Shown piece by piece: positions 33,461-47,517 of a stretch of DNA of 64,000 nt. The notes beneath the pieces are model-generated. The model searched no databases, was not told the DNA's origin, and saw only the letters and a list, made by a program, of their open reading frames with translations. The stretch comes from Aplysia californica. Its lineage: Eukaryota. Positions within the stretch are counted from its first letter, which is position 1; each line of letters begins with the position of its first letter. A program made the translations under genes and the position numbers. The DNA lies in contig NW_004797435.1 in assembly GCF_000002075.1 (NCBI RefSeq), positions 603,452-667,451 of the forward strand, written 5' to 3'.

Positions 33461-36400
33461 ATGTCGATGAGCAAACGCTATGTTATTGTTTCCTCCATAT
33501 CTTGCTTCGTCTCTTCTGCCTTTGTTGCACTATTTTGCTTTCTCATAACCGTTGGCAATATTGATCTCAACATTATTGCCAACCCAACTGCTGGAATAAA
33601 AGCTGCCCTAGTTGCTGTGATGCTGCAGTGTACAGTGAGTGCAATGGGTCTCTCACTGTTGTTTCCGGACCAATTCAGTTTTCTGTCCAGCAAAGATTCC
33701 AAAGTTCACTTTCAGGTAGGGCTTAGTGAAGTCTTAAGTTTGTTAAAATGTAGGGAGGACTTCCGCCGAGGGCCGGCACTTACCGTGACATGGTTCACTG
33801 AGCAAACTATACAAGAGTTAGGGTTATAATGGTTTAAAAAACTTAAATTAGGTGTTAATTATTGGGCGCTTTTTCGGTAGTTCCCACCCCGCAATTGTTA
33901 TTCGCTGGTTTTGGCCCCAAGAATAGGGGGGTTTCAGATATATAATATATGGTGGTACCATAATTTGATCCTTTGCAGTTATATTATAGGTTTGATATCT
34001 TAGCTCGCCACGCATCAAAATCAAAGGCATAGATATAGATGTAGGTCAAGGCTCAAATAAGGGGGGTGGGAACTACTGAAAAAGCACCAATTATTGTTGG
34101 TCGGCCGGCCCTCTGTGGAACTCCCTCCAAAATGTACAAATAACAAGTACAAACTTCCTCTCAATGCCCTTGACCTTGTTTGTTGCTTATAGATACACCT
34201 GTCATATATAAATGTTTTTGGCAATGACATCCTTGGTGTCTTTGTTTTTCTTGTCAAACAAAATTAGATATATAGATTCTAGATCTAGTAAAAATATATA
34301 TTTAGTTTCCGCCTAAAATCACGGTGCTCAGGAGGGTTCATAGTGTGAGTTATATAAAGCGTTTGTTTTTACGCAAACTCGTGCAAAGGGGTAAAAGTAT
34401 GCAACTTTTTCATTTCCTTGATATCAATTAGTTAAGAGAAGTGCTCGTCATACTTAAGTAGGGGCCTACAGCTAGCCTAGCTGTCTAGGTACAACTAAGT
34501 ACGGCTAGCGTGCCAGTCTCTAGTCTAGCCGTACTTAGATCTAGGTTTGGCCCTATTGACCGAAAACTGTTGTGTATACAGTATACAGGTCTCATTAGAT
34601 TTTGTAATTATTGTGGTTTTATATTTTATTTTATTTATAGTAGAGGTTTTACGGCGCTCGCAACCGCATTAGAGGTCATATGAGCGCCAAGGGGTGGATG
34701 TAAAAGAGAAGTCTTTACAGGGAATCGGGCTTACTCTGCTCACCTTTCTAGCTTTAACAGCACAAACTCTTTCAAGGCACGCCAGAAATAGCGGGTCACA
34801 AGAGTGTGACAAACCTACAAAAGAAGTAGAGGAAAAAATAACGATAGTAAGGATTAGGAAAGAAAAGGCAGCAGTTCCCTGTTGTAGTGTAGTTCAGGCA
34901 CAGTTATCACTGTTATGAGCATGACATTGTTGAATCAGCCCATTTACAATTTTACTGTACATAAGAATGAGAAATGCCCCCCCCCCCCCCTTTTTCCTTT
35001 TGGAATGGCCTAAAGACACTTCAGTTTCCGACAGGGGGACTCTCCTGGGGGGGGGGGGGGGGATGGGGGGGAGGTGATTCGGGTTTAAAATACATAACAT
35101 GTCAGTAACGTGCCTTTTGGTTTCGTCTGAAACACAGATACTTTAGTTAATTGAAACTAAAATTTTATTTTCAATTCAGCCGTTATTATTAAGTACGGCT
35201 AGCCTGGTCGGCTAGCCAAAGTACTTACTTTAGTCAGTATTAGAAACCTGTTGAGTACACGGGCCTCATTAGTAGTTACAGTATAATCCGCTTATATCGA
35301 CATGCTGTGGGAAGTGGATTTGATGTCAATATATAAAAATGTCGATAAATGGAAATATAAAGCCAAAGAGGAAAATACAATGGGAGGTCAACGGTAAAAG
35401 ACAACAATGCTTTTTTTAGGCTGGTTGCTTTCCTTGATTCTTGAACTTACAAAAGAGGCAGGGGGTGGGGGGAAGGTGGAGTTACGGTACCAAGTACCAA
35501 AGACAGCGCACAAACTTTGTTGTAGCATCCTTGTAAGGCCTGTTTATGGCCACTTGCTGAGGAAAATGGAAAGGAGAGGCACTGACTCACTGACCGTGGC
35601 ACTTGCCAGCGACAGACTGAGAATGGGATTGGAAAGGGGAGTGAACGATCGAGAGTGGGGGTAGGGAGGTGATGCCCAGTGCTCGAGACGCTCACGTCTG
35701 TGAGGCACTGTACTATGTTGGAGACTACACTGTGTAGGCCCTACATGACCTACTAAAGCCTGGTGTGTTGATATAGGCTACTTGGCGGATATGCAGACTT
35801 AATGAAGAACTAATGCGTTGACCGTTAGCTTGGCTTTTCCCCCCATTTATGTTCGTGGGCTTCGCCAAGTACCCAGGAAGCATGTCGATAAAGCAGAGTG
35901 GGCCAAAAAAAAAGTCGATATAAGTTAAAAGAGGAATTGTTCAGTGAAGATATTGAAGGAAAAATTTTGTTATTGAATAACATGTCGATATGTCAAAATG
36001 TCGATAAATCGGATGTCGATATAAGTGATTATACAATATTCAGGTTTTAAATATACATGCACTGTCAGTCAGGCACCTTTTGGTTTTGTCTCAAGTACAA
36101 ATTACAAATACTTTAGACATTGCAAACCAAAATATATTTATTTACAATTCAGTAGGCTTATTTTTTGCTGTTTCTCAGTCTAGCCATCAAATAAGTATGG
36201 CTAGCCCAGCCGACTAGCCGTCATTAAGTGACCTCCCTTGGGATGGGGTGCTTTTGCCGATCCGATATTGAGAGGAAAAGTGTCTAAGTGTCTGTTTTGT
36301 AAAGTCAGAATGGATTCCCCAATTGTGGTTATGATTACAAAGGCATTGAATGACTGGTGAAAAAAAAAAGAAGAAGAAGACCGTCTCACTGTACCGATGA

Positions 36401-39400
36401 TTACTTGAATATGTCGGAAAAGATAAGGAAACTGTTGGTGATAGGGAAGAGCACTCAGCCATGGGGCTTTCTAAGAGACCGCTCCCGATTGCCTGTTATC
36501 TATTGCAACTCGATAAACAGATGGATGAATCAGACATTTTAAGAGACTTTTTTCAAGTGATTCCTTGAACAAATACGTGTTAAGTTCTTTGAGCACAGCT
36601 GATCAACTGACTTTATATTTAATCCTAAGACTGTCTATTGTTCTTCTACTCCATTCATGTGTGTTGTGCAACATATTCATAGACCTAACTAAACATTACA
36701 GTCACCCAAACACCAGTGAGAAACCTTCTCTTAAAGACACATTTTGAGTGACCAATCAAAATTAAAATACATTTCAGTCATACACACATGTTATACATGA
36801 ATATAAATGTATGGTTCGCCCAGCCCAAGACCTTGTGCCCATGGACAGTTGGGAGTCAAAAATGGTGTGCATCTCTCTTTGCTTTGTTTGAGGGGCGGTC
36901 TCATCAAATACAGTAGTCTCCGCCTAAGATCCCACCGCTTAGGATCCCGGTTCGCTTAAGATCCCGCTGCTTTAAGAAAACATAATTTTTACTAAACAAA
37001 AGTCACCCCTAAGATCCCGCTCTAATTCACTCTAAAGGTCTACATTTGGCTAAGATCCCGCATTTCAGATCATAATTTGCGGAACAAAAACCCGGGCGGG
37101 CATAGCCTATCAACCAAGAGTGAAAAGTTGAGATCAATGAACTGTTCGTCGCGTCAAAGATTAGTCACTATCGTGAAAGTGAATGGGATCACATACATGT
37201 TTTAAAACTCGATGTAGCGATACAATGTTTGCCCCAGACGGGATTACACCGGGGTGTGAACTGACCGACACGTTTGTTATCCCCAAACATTGCCACTCAC
37301 ACCTGAGCTCTCCACCTAAATTTACATCACTCGCTGGGTGGGTAGGGCCGACCCGTTTGCTCCAGGCGAGATCAAATCGAGCCGTGAACTCTTCCCTGAC
37401 CATTGCAGCAGTTGTCTCTCCTCCTGAAATTGCGAGACAGGCTGAATTTTAATTGGTGTGTTCACAACGTAATGGTGTGTAACGACAACGGCGGGGAGGG
37501 GGATGGGGGAGCTCGGTCAGAGATGGAAAGCTATAAATTTTCGACAGGTAAAGGGGAGGTGCAACTGAATAAGCGTAGATCTTGAGACCCATGATAGGAT
37601 AATAAGTGAAAATGGCACGCCTCATGCAACTATGCACTGTGATAGGTCATCAAAGTTAACCACTCTTTGCTCGCCATATGTCATAAGCCCACCCAGGGGT
37701 CACATCAGTTCATTTAAGAGTGGAGGGAGACCATTTTACCAATTGTGAGCCTTAACATGGGTCACCATAGATTCTTCCCTGGGTTTGTCGGTTAAAATCC
37801 TGATTCACCTAAGATCCCGCATTTCCTTGCTCCTGAGCACCGGGATCTTAGGCCAAAACTACTGTATGTGGTTGTCTAGACTTGTCATGCAAGCTGTGGA
37901 GGTTGGAGCAAAAGTTTCCCGTTGTCAAGCTTACCTGTCAAGTGTGGTTTTTTTTTTGTCCTAGCGTGCATTTGAGCAGAGCATCATGCCTTTGTTTGGC
38001 TTGCGTTGAGGCAGAGACTATTGTAGTAAGGTCCACCACCCATCATGCCCCTTGATTCATGCTCAGTTGGTAATAAATTATGAATTTTTAAATTTGTTTT
38101 TTCTAGATGCAAAAATATGTCCAGAACGCATTCAACTACATCTTCAATTCACAAAAATGTGAAAAAAACTGATTCAAAATAGATTACAACGTATAATGGA
38201 ATGATTTCAAGAAAGTCAGAGTCAGAATTGCTGATTCATAAGAAATATGGCTTTAGTCAACTTCTTTCACCAATTGGATTTGAAGAATAATATCAGTCTG
38301 AAAAAAATAAAGGATGGGAACTATTTTAATATAAGAGCAACTTTACAAAGAGTAACAACAAACATGGGGTACACAATCATTTTACAAGACGATTACAACC
38401 TTGCAGTCCATAACTTTTTCACAACTACTGATGGGAGCTATTATATCATGTAAGCTTACATTTCAATTGATTCTATTTCAGGTTCTGAATGCCTTAAAAT
38501 CTGGTCTGATTTTGGCACTTTCCTGCACTTTATTCTATGGTCTTGCTGTTTGCTATGGAGCCCCAGTCTACGCGTAAGTGAGACAATTTTCAGATGTCCA
38601 TCCCATGCAAAAGTATTGTGTCTCATATTTTCTTAGGTTCTAGTAAGGGGGCTCTCGTGGCCTAGAGGTTAAGGTGTTCGCCTCTCATTCAAAGGTCTTG
38701 GGTTTGAATCCGAGTAGCGACGGAAAAATTTTCTTCTCTAAAATTGTCTCCTTTCCTGCTCTCTAGCAACGGTGTGTCGTCTGCTTTCGTCTTCACTTTC
38801 TGCCCCCACCCCCTTACCTCCTTTACCCCCTCCTCTGGGATCCTGACTCTTTCTGCAGCTTTTCTACTGCTACTCCTTGGCTTCTTCTTACTGCTGTCTT
38901 TCAGCCCCACCCATGATCTTTTAGTAGGAAAGATCTACACTTAGCCTTCTCGGAAAATGGCGAAAAATCTCGGAGGTCCCATGTGCAAGTTGCGCAAGTT
39001 AAAGATCCCTTGGTGTTCTAAAATCGATGTAGGCTTCAGCCGCCACCTGGGCAAAATTCAAAATTTCCTACCAACTGAAAATGTTTTATATGCCTTGTTC
39101 GCTCATATGACCTTATGCAGTTGCGAGTGCAGTAAAACACTTACCCCAAAAAAGGTTCTTGTAATAATGGCTTGCTTTTATTCTACAGTTATTGATTCCT
39201 GCTCATTATGATATTTTGTTTCTTTCGTTGTAATATAGCAGCCCTTTGCTGTCTAAGAAGAACAGAGATTCTGTCAGGTTCCTGGTGTGTAAAATGAGAA
39301 TTTAAATTAATATATATATATATATTCTTTAATTCATGGAAATGCCTGGCTGGAGTTGAAAATGCTCTCCTCGGTAACGTGATGCAAACTATGATGTGAG

Positions 39401-40816
39401 AAAAACTCTGACAGTAAAGTCAAAAGAAAAGTCACCCTTTCAGCAGTAACAGAATTGATTTATAAGTTAAAGGCAACTTTAGTCACAGATTCCTCACTTT
39501 GTACAGTAAAACTTGGATACAATGAAGTTACAGGGTCCGACAATTTTGGTTAAACTCGAATGTTGATTGAAGGCAACATTAGCTTTTTTGATTAATAATT
39601 ATTGCTGGATCGGAAAAGTAAAAGTAAAGATTGATAATTATTGCAGGTACCAGTATGAGCTTTGTAAGAAAGGCCAATGCACTCAAATGTACACCTGTGT
39701 CAGTTATGTGACATATTGTTTGCTAAACAGGTTGCAGTATAAGGCCAAGCTCACAGCAATGCTTAGGCCCCCCAGACCAGCATGCAACTCATTATACACA
39801 GAGATCTGTGTCTGTCACTGCTCAGTAGCTGGGTGGGATCTGATTTGAGATGCAAAGAACAGTTTTTTAGGTGTGGACTTTTTCAGAGCAATTGTTTCAA
39901 GTTGCATCAATTGAAATAAATCAGCAGTTAGTTGGGTGGAACTTTGATGTTGTTGATTTGTATTTGGCCAATAAATTTTAATTTACCTTTAAAAACAAAT
40001 TGATGTCATAAAATGATTGTGTCCATAAAATGTCTTTTTTTTTCTTTATTAAACAGGAAAACTGCAGAAACGTTTCACTTCGCTGCTCTGCTGACATGCT
40101 TAGTATGCTTCCCTTGTTGTCTACTGGTAGGATCAAGCAAGGAGGCCCTGGGCAGAATTTTTTTTTTGGATAGGTAATGGATAGTAGTCAGATAGTTGAG
40201 TCCGTTTAAGACAAAATCTGCTGAACTGTTGGATTTCCTTTGGTTTAAATAAGGATGCTCAGATTGCGATGCTCAGATAGCGATGTTTTTTTACAGCATA
40301 GAGTTAGGAATGCCATGCTTGCAGCAAATTTCAAATTTGAAAGCATTCTTGTTATCTACCTCTTTTAGTAACTAACTGCAATTTGATCTGCAGGCTTAAC
40401 ACATTGTGCTTTCCCTTTGACATTGTCAGCTTTTATAACTTGTTAAACAATCACGCAAAACAGATGAAAAAGTAGATCAGCACACTTGTTACACACTGTT
40501 CTGTACACTGTACTAGTCTAGAGAAGTGAGAATGGCCAATGCCAATGATGTCATGAAACACACCACATGATGTCACATGGTCATTTGTAGGATCATGTAT
40601 GTGTACTAATTTCTCAGAAAAATAGGCGGTAACCTGCCAAAGGTTATGCAACAGTTGTACATTCGCTACTCTTGCTTCCTTGTCCCTTCACTTCTTTGCA
40701 CTAACCTGAAAGTGATCTTTTATGTAGCAGCAACAGTGTTTTGGTCATGCTGCCTCTATAATCTATTGCCTTAAAGTATGGTTTAAGTTTTATCTTCTTT
40801 TTATCGAAGCTGTGTC

Positions 40817-40864
<48 letters not shown>

Positions 40865-42619
40865 CTGCTGATTGATACATCCACTAGTTGAAAGGCTACA
40901 CTTTGGAGATTTTCTTATTTTCATCCCACTCTGTCATTTGCTTTTATTCTTTTACTTCATAGATTACCACTCTTTTTCACTGTAGCAAATATATGAGTAC
41001 TGTATAAATAAATAATGTATAAATGTTATGGACCTGGGCTGATGGTTGATACTCTGTTCCTTCTACTTCTTGACAGTGTAACGCCATGTAGGCCAGCTAT
41101 CTCTATCTGTTCTTTGGGGTATTCTGCCATTACTGCGGTGACATAAGAAAGTAACATTGTGATGGAAACAATCATTATGTAATCATGTCGTCTGATTTCT
41201 ACATCATTAAGTACAATGCAAAAACTCTCCCTTTTTGTCCGCAGTTCTGACGTCGGTTTGGAGACAGTGGTCCTTGTTACCAGTGTCTGCTCTCTGCTGG
41301 GTGCCTGGCTTGGAGCTATACCTATACCTTTAGACTGGGACAGGCCGTGGCAGGTATCTCACCACACAATGCTTTTCTGTCGTTAGTCTAGTTTTTTTTT
41401 TTATGAGTTTGTTTTTACTCACTCATGTTTTTCACAAGATTTCCTTGTAAATGTTTTTCAAGTTTTGAAATTACACTGGAGTCTGCTTAAACCTAACACT
41501 TTAAATCTGAGAACAGCAGTAAACCGAAAGAAAATAAAATCCCTTACTTTTTTCTGCTGTTTGAGTAACCTCTCTAAACCAACAACCCTGCTAAACTGAA
41601 GAAAATCTGGCGGTCCTTAGATTGTGGTTTTTGTACGTGATTCCCTACTCAGAAATTCTCGGCTCAATGGCAGTCAGAATTTTGTTTGTTTGAGTTTTAT
41701 ACTCACTGCAACTGAATGTCTCTTATTTTAGTGGTAGAACAAAGGCGTTGACAGTTATCTGGTGATATGGGAGAGAGCATTATTTTAATTCATTCAGTGC
41801 TTCTGGTGAGGATTCTCACTGGGCTGGTTTATGCCTGTGTGTGATAGACTAGTAATCTCTCAAAACCCATCGTCTTTTATGAAGCCTAAAGTTCCTTAAA
41901 TGGATAGCTCTACCTTTATCTAGTCACATGATGAAAAAGAAAGCAGTGTAGATCTGTCCCCGCGGTTTTATGCAAAAAAAATTATGAAATTATGCAAACT
42001 GAGCCCAAAAATGTGAAATTATGCGATTCTGTTAATTTTAACAAAGAATGATAAAGGAAAATAAACAGAAATTATGCAAAAAAATGATCAAATTTTGCTG
42101 AATTATGCGGGGTGCATAAAACCACGGGGACAGCTAGATTTTCTTTGACAGCGTCATTTTAATAGAAAAAGCTGGTGATGTGGGTTTTTTTAAAGTGTTT
42201 TTCCTATCTATGCTAGTGTTGTTGAAGTTGGCTTTTAGAAGAGGAAAGCGAATGATTGCAGTCTCAAAATGTTCTCTCACTCTGGAACCTTTACAACTGT
42301 TTTATTGGAATCTGATCAAGAGTTTTTGTTCATGAATTTCTAGTGTTGACAGTTATTTGATTTTGATGGCAATAGTGACCGACTTCCCTCAATCTTGCGA
42401 AATTTCTTGTTGTATTTGTACATTGGTTGTTTTTTTTTGGTTTTTTTACAAATTATTGTTAGTTAAAACTAAAACATACTTGTCCTCTATTTTCATCATC
42501 AGGAATGGCCAGTCAGCTGTTCTTTGGGTGCCCTGGGAGGTTATACCATCGGGCTATTTCTTGTAGCTATTTATCTGCCTAGGAGATACAAGTTTATACT
42601 CAAGTCCAAGTTTACCTAG
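33461..42619 (+). CDS. PIGF: Phosphatidylinositol-glycan biosynthesis class F protein (GPI ethanolamine-phosphate transferase stabilising subunit), 5 coding exons, 229 aa
   Basis: Exons 33461-33715, 38482-38573, 40057-40173, 41245-41353, 42503-42619 (690 nt, phases consistent). Diagnostic peptides: [48 protein letters not shown]-terminal KSKFT fits a KxKxx ER-retrieval motif. AATAAA at 42666. Exon 1 is the least certain: hydrophobic, correct phase and a good donor. Confidence 0.93.
34640..35050 (-). mobile_element. Retroposon family B, copy 2
   Basis: Colinear with 22845-23245; perfect GGCGCTC/GAGCGCC tail stem. Confidence 0.8.
35279..36036. mobile_element. Tigger/pogo-type MITE
   Basis: ta|CAGTATAATCCGCTTATATCGACAT ... 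ATGTCGATATAAGTGATTATAC; repeated TGTCGATA subterminal motifs. Confidence 0.7.
36911..37864. mobile_element. Tigger/pogo MITE family 2, copy 1
   Basis: TIR CAGTAGT..CCTAAGATCCC, TA TSD, and an inverted homolog at 57682-58584. Confidence 0.9.
38647..39152 (+). mobile_element. Full-length tRNA-derived SINE (family C)
   Basis: A box TGGCCTAGAGG, B box GGTTTGAATCC, 3' tail cgctcatatgaccttatgcagttgcgagtgcagtaaaac, and a 12-bp TSD aggttct(a/t)gtaa. Confidence 0.9.
40822..40862. repeat. (TA)n microsatellite
   Basis: Directly visible. Confidence 0.95.
41954..42133. mobile_element. Small unclassified MITE (180 bp)
   Basis: 21-bp TIR CTGTCCCCG(C/T)GGTTTTATGCA; internal AATTATGC repeats. Confidence 0.75.
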
Positions 42620-42665
42620 CATGTTTTACAGATCCTGCATTATGTATTATGTTTATGTTGTTGTA

Positions 42666-42671
42666 AATAAA
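42666..42671 (+). terminator. Polyadenylation signal of PIGF
   Basis: AATAAA about 47 nt after the stop codon, followed by GT/T-rich sequence (ctgtttgtttggtt). Confidence 0.65.
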
Positions 42672-44400
42672 AAAGATTATTATATTTTTTAAAGCTCTGT
42701 TTGTTTGGTTCCTGGACTTTGTGTGTTTGTACGTTTGAGTAAACAGAAGTACATTAGCACAATATCAATTATAATGGTCATTAAATGCTGTGAAAAAGTA
42801 AGACAGACAGACAGAAACAACAGAGGGAAAGAAATGAAAAGAAGTAGGACCTACCAGTGTCACCCTCCAACCACCTGCATTTTGTTCCTTATACAGTTAT
42901 CGGTTTACCCTATTGTATGTTGTGATGATTTGAACCTTTAGAGAAATGACAGAGGAGACTTTTAGAATGGGATCTGTTTTGTAATAAATGGCAGGATGGG
43001 CAGTCTGAGTCAGGGGCTGAGTTGGAATAGTCATTTTTGGATCAAAGTATGCTTTAAAAAAAAAAAATTCTATTTTTGTGGATTCAGCCTTCTCTGTAAA
43101 CAAACATTTTCACCACATCTTCCAGATCCAGAACTAACTCGGCCTACCTTGACCTTGGTGGTCATGACAAAATCACTATGCAACATGATTTGTTCATTCA
43201 ATGAATGGACAAACAATAGGTGAATAGATTATGACGGCTTGGTCTCAGAATCAGTATGTAATTTATGGCAATGTGTTGAGCGATGAGAGATTTGCATGGC
43301 CATCTTTGACAGGCTTGCTATTGCTTTTTCTGGCCGATGGTTGATAAAATATAGTGGCCTCGGCCGAGTATTAAGACAGGATGTTTTATTGCGGGGGGTG
43401 GGGAGTGAAAGTGTCCATTTGTACAGGTGGCCGTCTTGGCAGGCTCGTCTGTACTTAAATACCTGTAGGCTTACTATCGTACAACTCAACTGAGATTAAT
43501 AAAGGGGGTATGATGTGACAAACCTTAAATCGACTATGATCTGATTAATGGCATTGTGATGTAACGTAAAAATGGAATATGCACTTTATTGATCCTCCAT
43601 GGGAGAGAATTGATCATGAAATTTCACTGTGTCCAGTCTTTGCAATCTTCACTTTTAAAATAAAGTGATGATAAAAATATATGCTACACACATTGAAAGA
43701 GACCTTCCATAACTCCAAATGAGTATAAATCCATAAAATATCAAGGACCCTACCATGACACGCACCATTCTCTTGAATCTTGAGAAGCTCTAAATGGAAT
43801 AGATTGGGAGGGAATGAAAGTTCCAGAACAAAAAAATGCATTGAACCTTGAAAAGACAGGAATCCACTACACAGGTAGACAGGTCTGGTGATGTTTCTGG
43901 GATAGTTGCTCCCAAGTCTCAAGAAGTGCAATTTATTTTATTCAATTCAAATTCAAGTCAGTGGTTTTTTTAATATAATTTTATTTTAATTAAAATATTA
44001 AATAAAATAACAGTCATAGTAACACATTTTAAATCATTGTGTCACATGTAATAAGAATTGCATGCTCTCAAGTATACTTGATCAACTCCGAGTAAAAAGA
44101 ATTAACAGCATAATAACACCTGGAAAAATGATTTACTTAATTAAGCTCCGGGCCATATCTCTCGAGATACTAAAACTCACAGGAAACAGCTTGGAGGCTT
44201 TCAACACTGTAATAGTAATACAAAGTCAACTATAGAGAGTTTGATGTTGTCGGGGGAGTGAAAAAAGATAAACTCATCCGAAGTTCAACTTTACCGTTGA
44301 GACCCATAAAGAAGAAAAGGTGCTGGGACCTGAGAAAAAGATCATCTTAATTTAAGATTTACTCAAACGAGTTCAACACAAGTGGAGTCAACTGTACAGT

Positions 44401-45393
44401 CAGTAGAACATGATTATAGTGGCACCCGCTACAGCGGGACCGTCCCTACAACAATGGGACCTTACTAGAATGCACCCCCCCCCTTTTTTTTTTTAGGTAA
44501 ACTCGATTGTAAACCTGTGCTCGGGTTTATCGGGGCAAGGAGAGGCCGGAACTCGTATACAGCGGGAGAGATCGAGCGAGCTCTAATTGGGGGAAGGGGG
44601 TTGGGGGCTGTAGGCGGGCTCCAAACAGGCAGTCTGAGGTGCGACGTTTTGATTGGCCAGTCCGGTGATGAGTGAGGTGGGGCAGGCGGCAGAGTGAGAG
44701 ATGGTGCAGAGAGACGCGTTACTTGAGCCACTTCAAAAGGGATGTGTGTAGTTTAGATGCTGAGTATGAGAGCATATAGACGAGAGCCCTAAGCCTAGGC
44801 TAGGTCAAAGAGTAAAAGAAGAGGAGAGCCTGTAGTGTGCTATTCCGGATTCATTTAGTTTTAGTGTTTTACGGCACTTGCAACACAATAAGGTCATATA
44901 TATATAAGTGCCGAAGATTAGAGGTGTTACAAGAGAGTAACAAACACAAAAAAGAAGGAGGGGAGATGAAGGCGATAGATGTTTGATAGAAAAGAAGCAA
45001 ACCACACTAGAGCACCCGCCAACCACCCACCGGGATTCATTGAATTGTGATCTTTGATGCTCATATAGGCATACGTACGCATCCACTTCACCAGTTCTAC
45101 AGCAGGCCTGACGGTACGATAGACAGCACAAGCAACAAGACCGAGGAAAAGATGGCTTCCAACAAAGAAAATCCTTCTCACTTGAATTAAAGTCCGAGAT
45201 AATCAATGAAGTTGACAAGAAAAAATAAGAAAAAAATTCAAAGTGCACATTTTATTGATATAGAAGGGAGGTAATCGTGTGGATTTAAATACATTTTTTG
45301 GTAATTTCCCCATTGCATTCCTATAGCAGGAACTTGTCTACAGCGGGATTTTGCTTCAGGAACCAAATGTCCCGCTATAGCCGTGTTCTACTG
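44401..45393 (+). mobile_element. Internally deleted Tigger element with a CENP-B-type HTH start
   Basis: TIR CAGTAGAACA. Remnant RKSFSLELKSEIINEVDKKK* at about 45166-45228. Interrupted by a family A copy. Confidence 0.8.
44856..45032 (-). mobile_element. Short retroposon family A, copy 3
   Basis: 9-bp TSD GGATTCATT (44847-44855 / 45033-45041); (CTAAAA)-type tail. Confidence 0.9.
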
Positions 45394-47517
45394 TACGGGC
45401 TTTTAAAAAAGTCTTGGCCAAATAAAAACTCACTCAAAACTTTTGCTTTTGACTTGTTGAAAGTTATTTTTTTTTTACCTTATTTCGTGCCAATTATCTC
45501 CTTCAATTGATGGAGAAATGAACACATCTGGCCAAGTACTTATTGAGGTGAGGCGGCTGTGGCATTGTTATCACACTGACTAATGCACAGGAGTATGTGA
45601 AGGTCATGGATAGATCAAAGTACAAAGTTCAAAATGTTCTACTTTCCAAAATGACATGCTCGGCCTAACGATGTGTTTTGCTTGAAAAATAAATTATACT
45701 GTTTATAATATTTCAAGGTCAACTTCAATGTGTAAAAAAATGACAAGATGTGAAACATGGCAACCGATACGAAACATATTAACTTTTCCAATACAATAGC
45801 AAGAGTGTAGATATGGTGTTGTATTGTGTAATAACATAATTCTTGATATAATACTCAGCAGTTCAGAAAACTAGTAGGTCTAAACAAGTAAAATATGATA
45901 TAGTATAAGACTAGGAGGACCCCTATGCAAACCATAGTGACGATGAAGAAATAAGGAGTCCCATGCTATAGTTAACAATTATATTCTGAAAGTTATGTCA
46001 AAAAAGAAAACCCAACAAAATAGGCTCCCTGCCTCAGTTTCATCAACAATTAAAAAAAAAAAATGGCACACAAGAAGTGGACAAAACAAATTCAAAACTT
46101 GCACTTGACAACAACAGAAAAATTACATGGCAAGCAGAGTAGTTACTTAGACATGTCTTAGATAACAATAATTTTACAGGAATCAAAATAAATGGAAAGA
46201 GAGATGAGGTCAGGAGGGAGAGAAATCAATAGTCAGACAGATAGAGTAGGTCAACCAAAGCCTGGAGGCTAAAGATTTAACAAAAAGAAGTTCAATGCAG
46301 CAAATATAAATACTATAGATCATCTTTGCTTATCAACATGATCACTTAAAGCACTGGACTTCACAGAAACAAAACCCTCTAAATACTCTCAGAAATTGCC
46401 AAAAATAAATTATATGGTCAGCAACTTGGAAAATTAATGTGGACTTCCAAAAAATTGAGACATGCTAGAAAGATTGTAGTAACATTTATTATAATGATTG
46501 CCTGAAACCTGGTAACTGAGATCTCATTATTCTCACTGACCTATTATTGCAAACAAAAACTGGGTTCCTGAAATCTATAATAATCTTGATAAATCAAAGG
46601 GCTGAGACCAGTCTGACCAGTATTCAGTATAGGTATTCTTTACTTAAAAAGAACTGCTTACACATTTAATTCAGTCCTCAACTGGTAACAAAACAGGTCT
46701 AAAGTAGGCATCAAAGGTCACCAACTGGCTACTGAAATTTCACCAATTGCTTGATTAAAAACTTAGCAGACCAAAAAATTCATCCGCTATCTAAAAGTCA
46801 ATTTTTATATATAAAGACTAGAGATGGTTGAAAGAGTAAGACGAATGAAGCAAAGCTCTGTTCTTTACATTTAACTTCAGATTATGCAATATATCTTAAA
46901 GGGCTGTCAACAGTTACAGAGGCATCAAAGTTTGTACATGTATCCACGGATTTTGGATCGCACTGTCTCAAAACTGAAACTCCTGTGGTTTTCTCTCATT
47001 TCACAATTAACCCAACCTTGCTTTAGAGACCCAACGCCCAAAGCAACATGCACTAGTCCGCACTAACTCGACACAATACGGCATCGCTGACTCTGTACAA
47101 CAGCAACAGGTATAAGCCCTATTAAGACAGCCGTTAACTTCATGTGGTGAACATCAGTAAGTACGAATTGGGATAAAAGCTATCCAAGACCATAATAATA
47201 CCACAATAGGCTGGTTCAAAAGTTACAGAGAAAATAAAGGGCTGGGTTTTTTTTCTCGACACCAAACTTTAATGATGATGATGGTAATGATTATGGCTAG
47301 CAAATACCAAAATTCCATTTAATTTTTCTTAAGACTACTGAGCATTTGTAAACCCCCCCCCCCCCACTAGTTTAAAGAAATAAAAAATCTCCCCACCCTC
47401 CCATCTCTTTTAGCCATACACTCTCCGTTACAACTGGAAGAGAAAACTTACTTCTGGGTAAAGTGTGGAAACAAAGATTTAATACAGATAAAAACATATT
47501 TCCTCTCCAACGCGTGA

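Larger units (their letters stand above)
34303..38023. mobile_element. Tigger/pogo MITE family 1, older copy split by later insertions
   Basis: Left end tagtttccgcctaaa, middle 36680-36910 and right part 37867-38023 (ggcagagactattg) are colinear with 2691-3411. Confidence 0.7.

Noticed and set aside
38647-38720. tRNA gene
   Set aside because: A and B boxes are present, but the acceptor and anticodon stems do not close. It continues into a body and tail bounded by a TSD, so it is a SINE head.
44805-45248. Hydrophobic ORFs similar to those at 1016, 7059 and 51135, suggesting a gene family
   Set aside because: The similarity comes from translating the non-coding family A retroposon.
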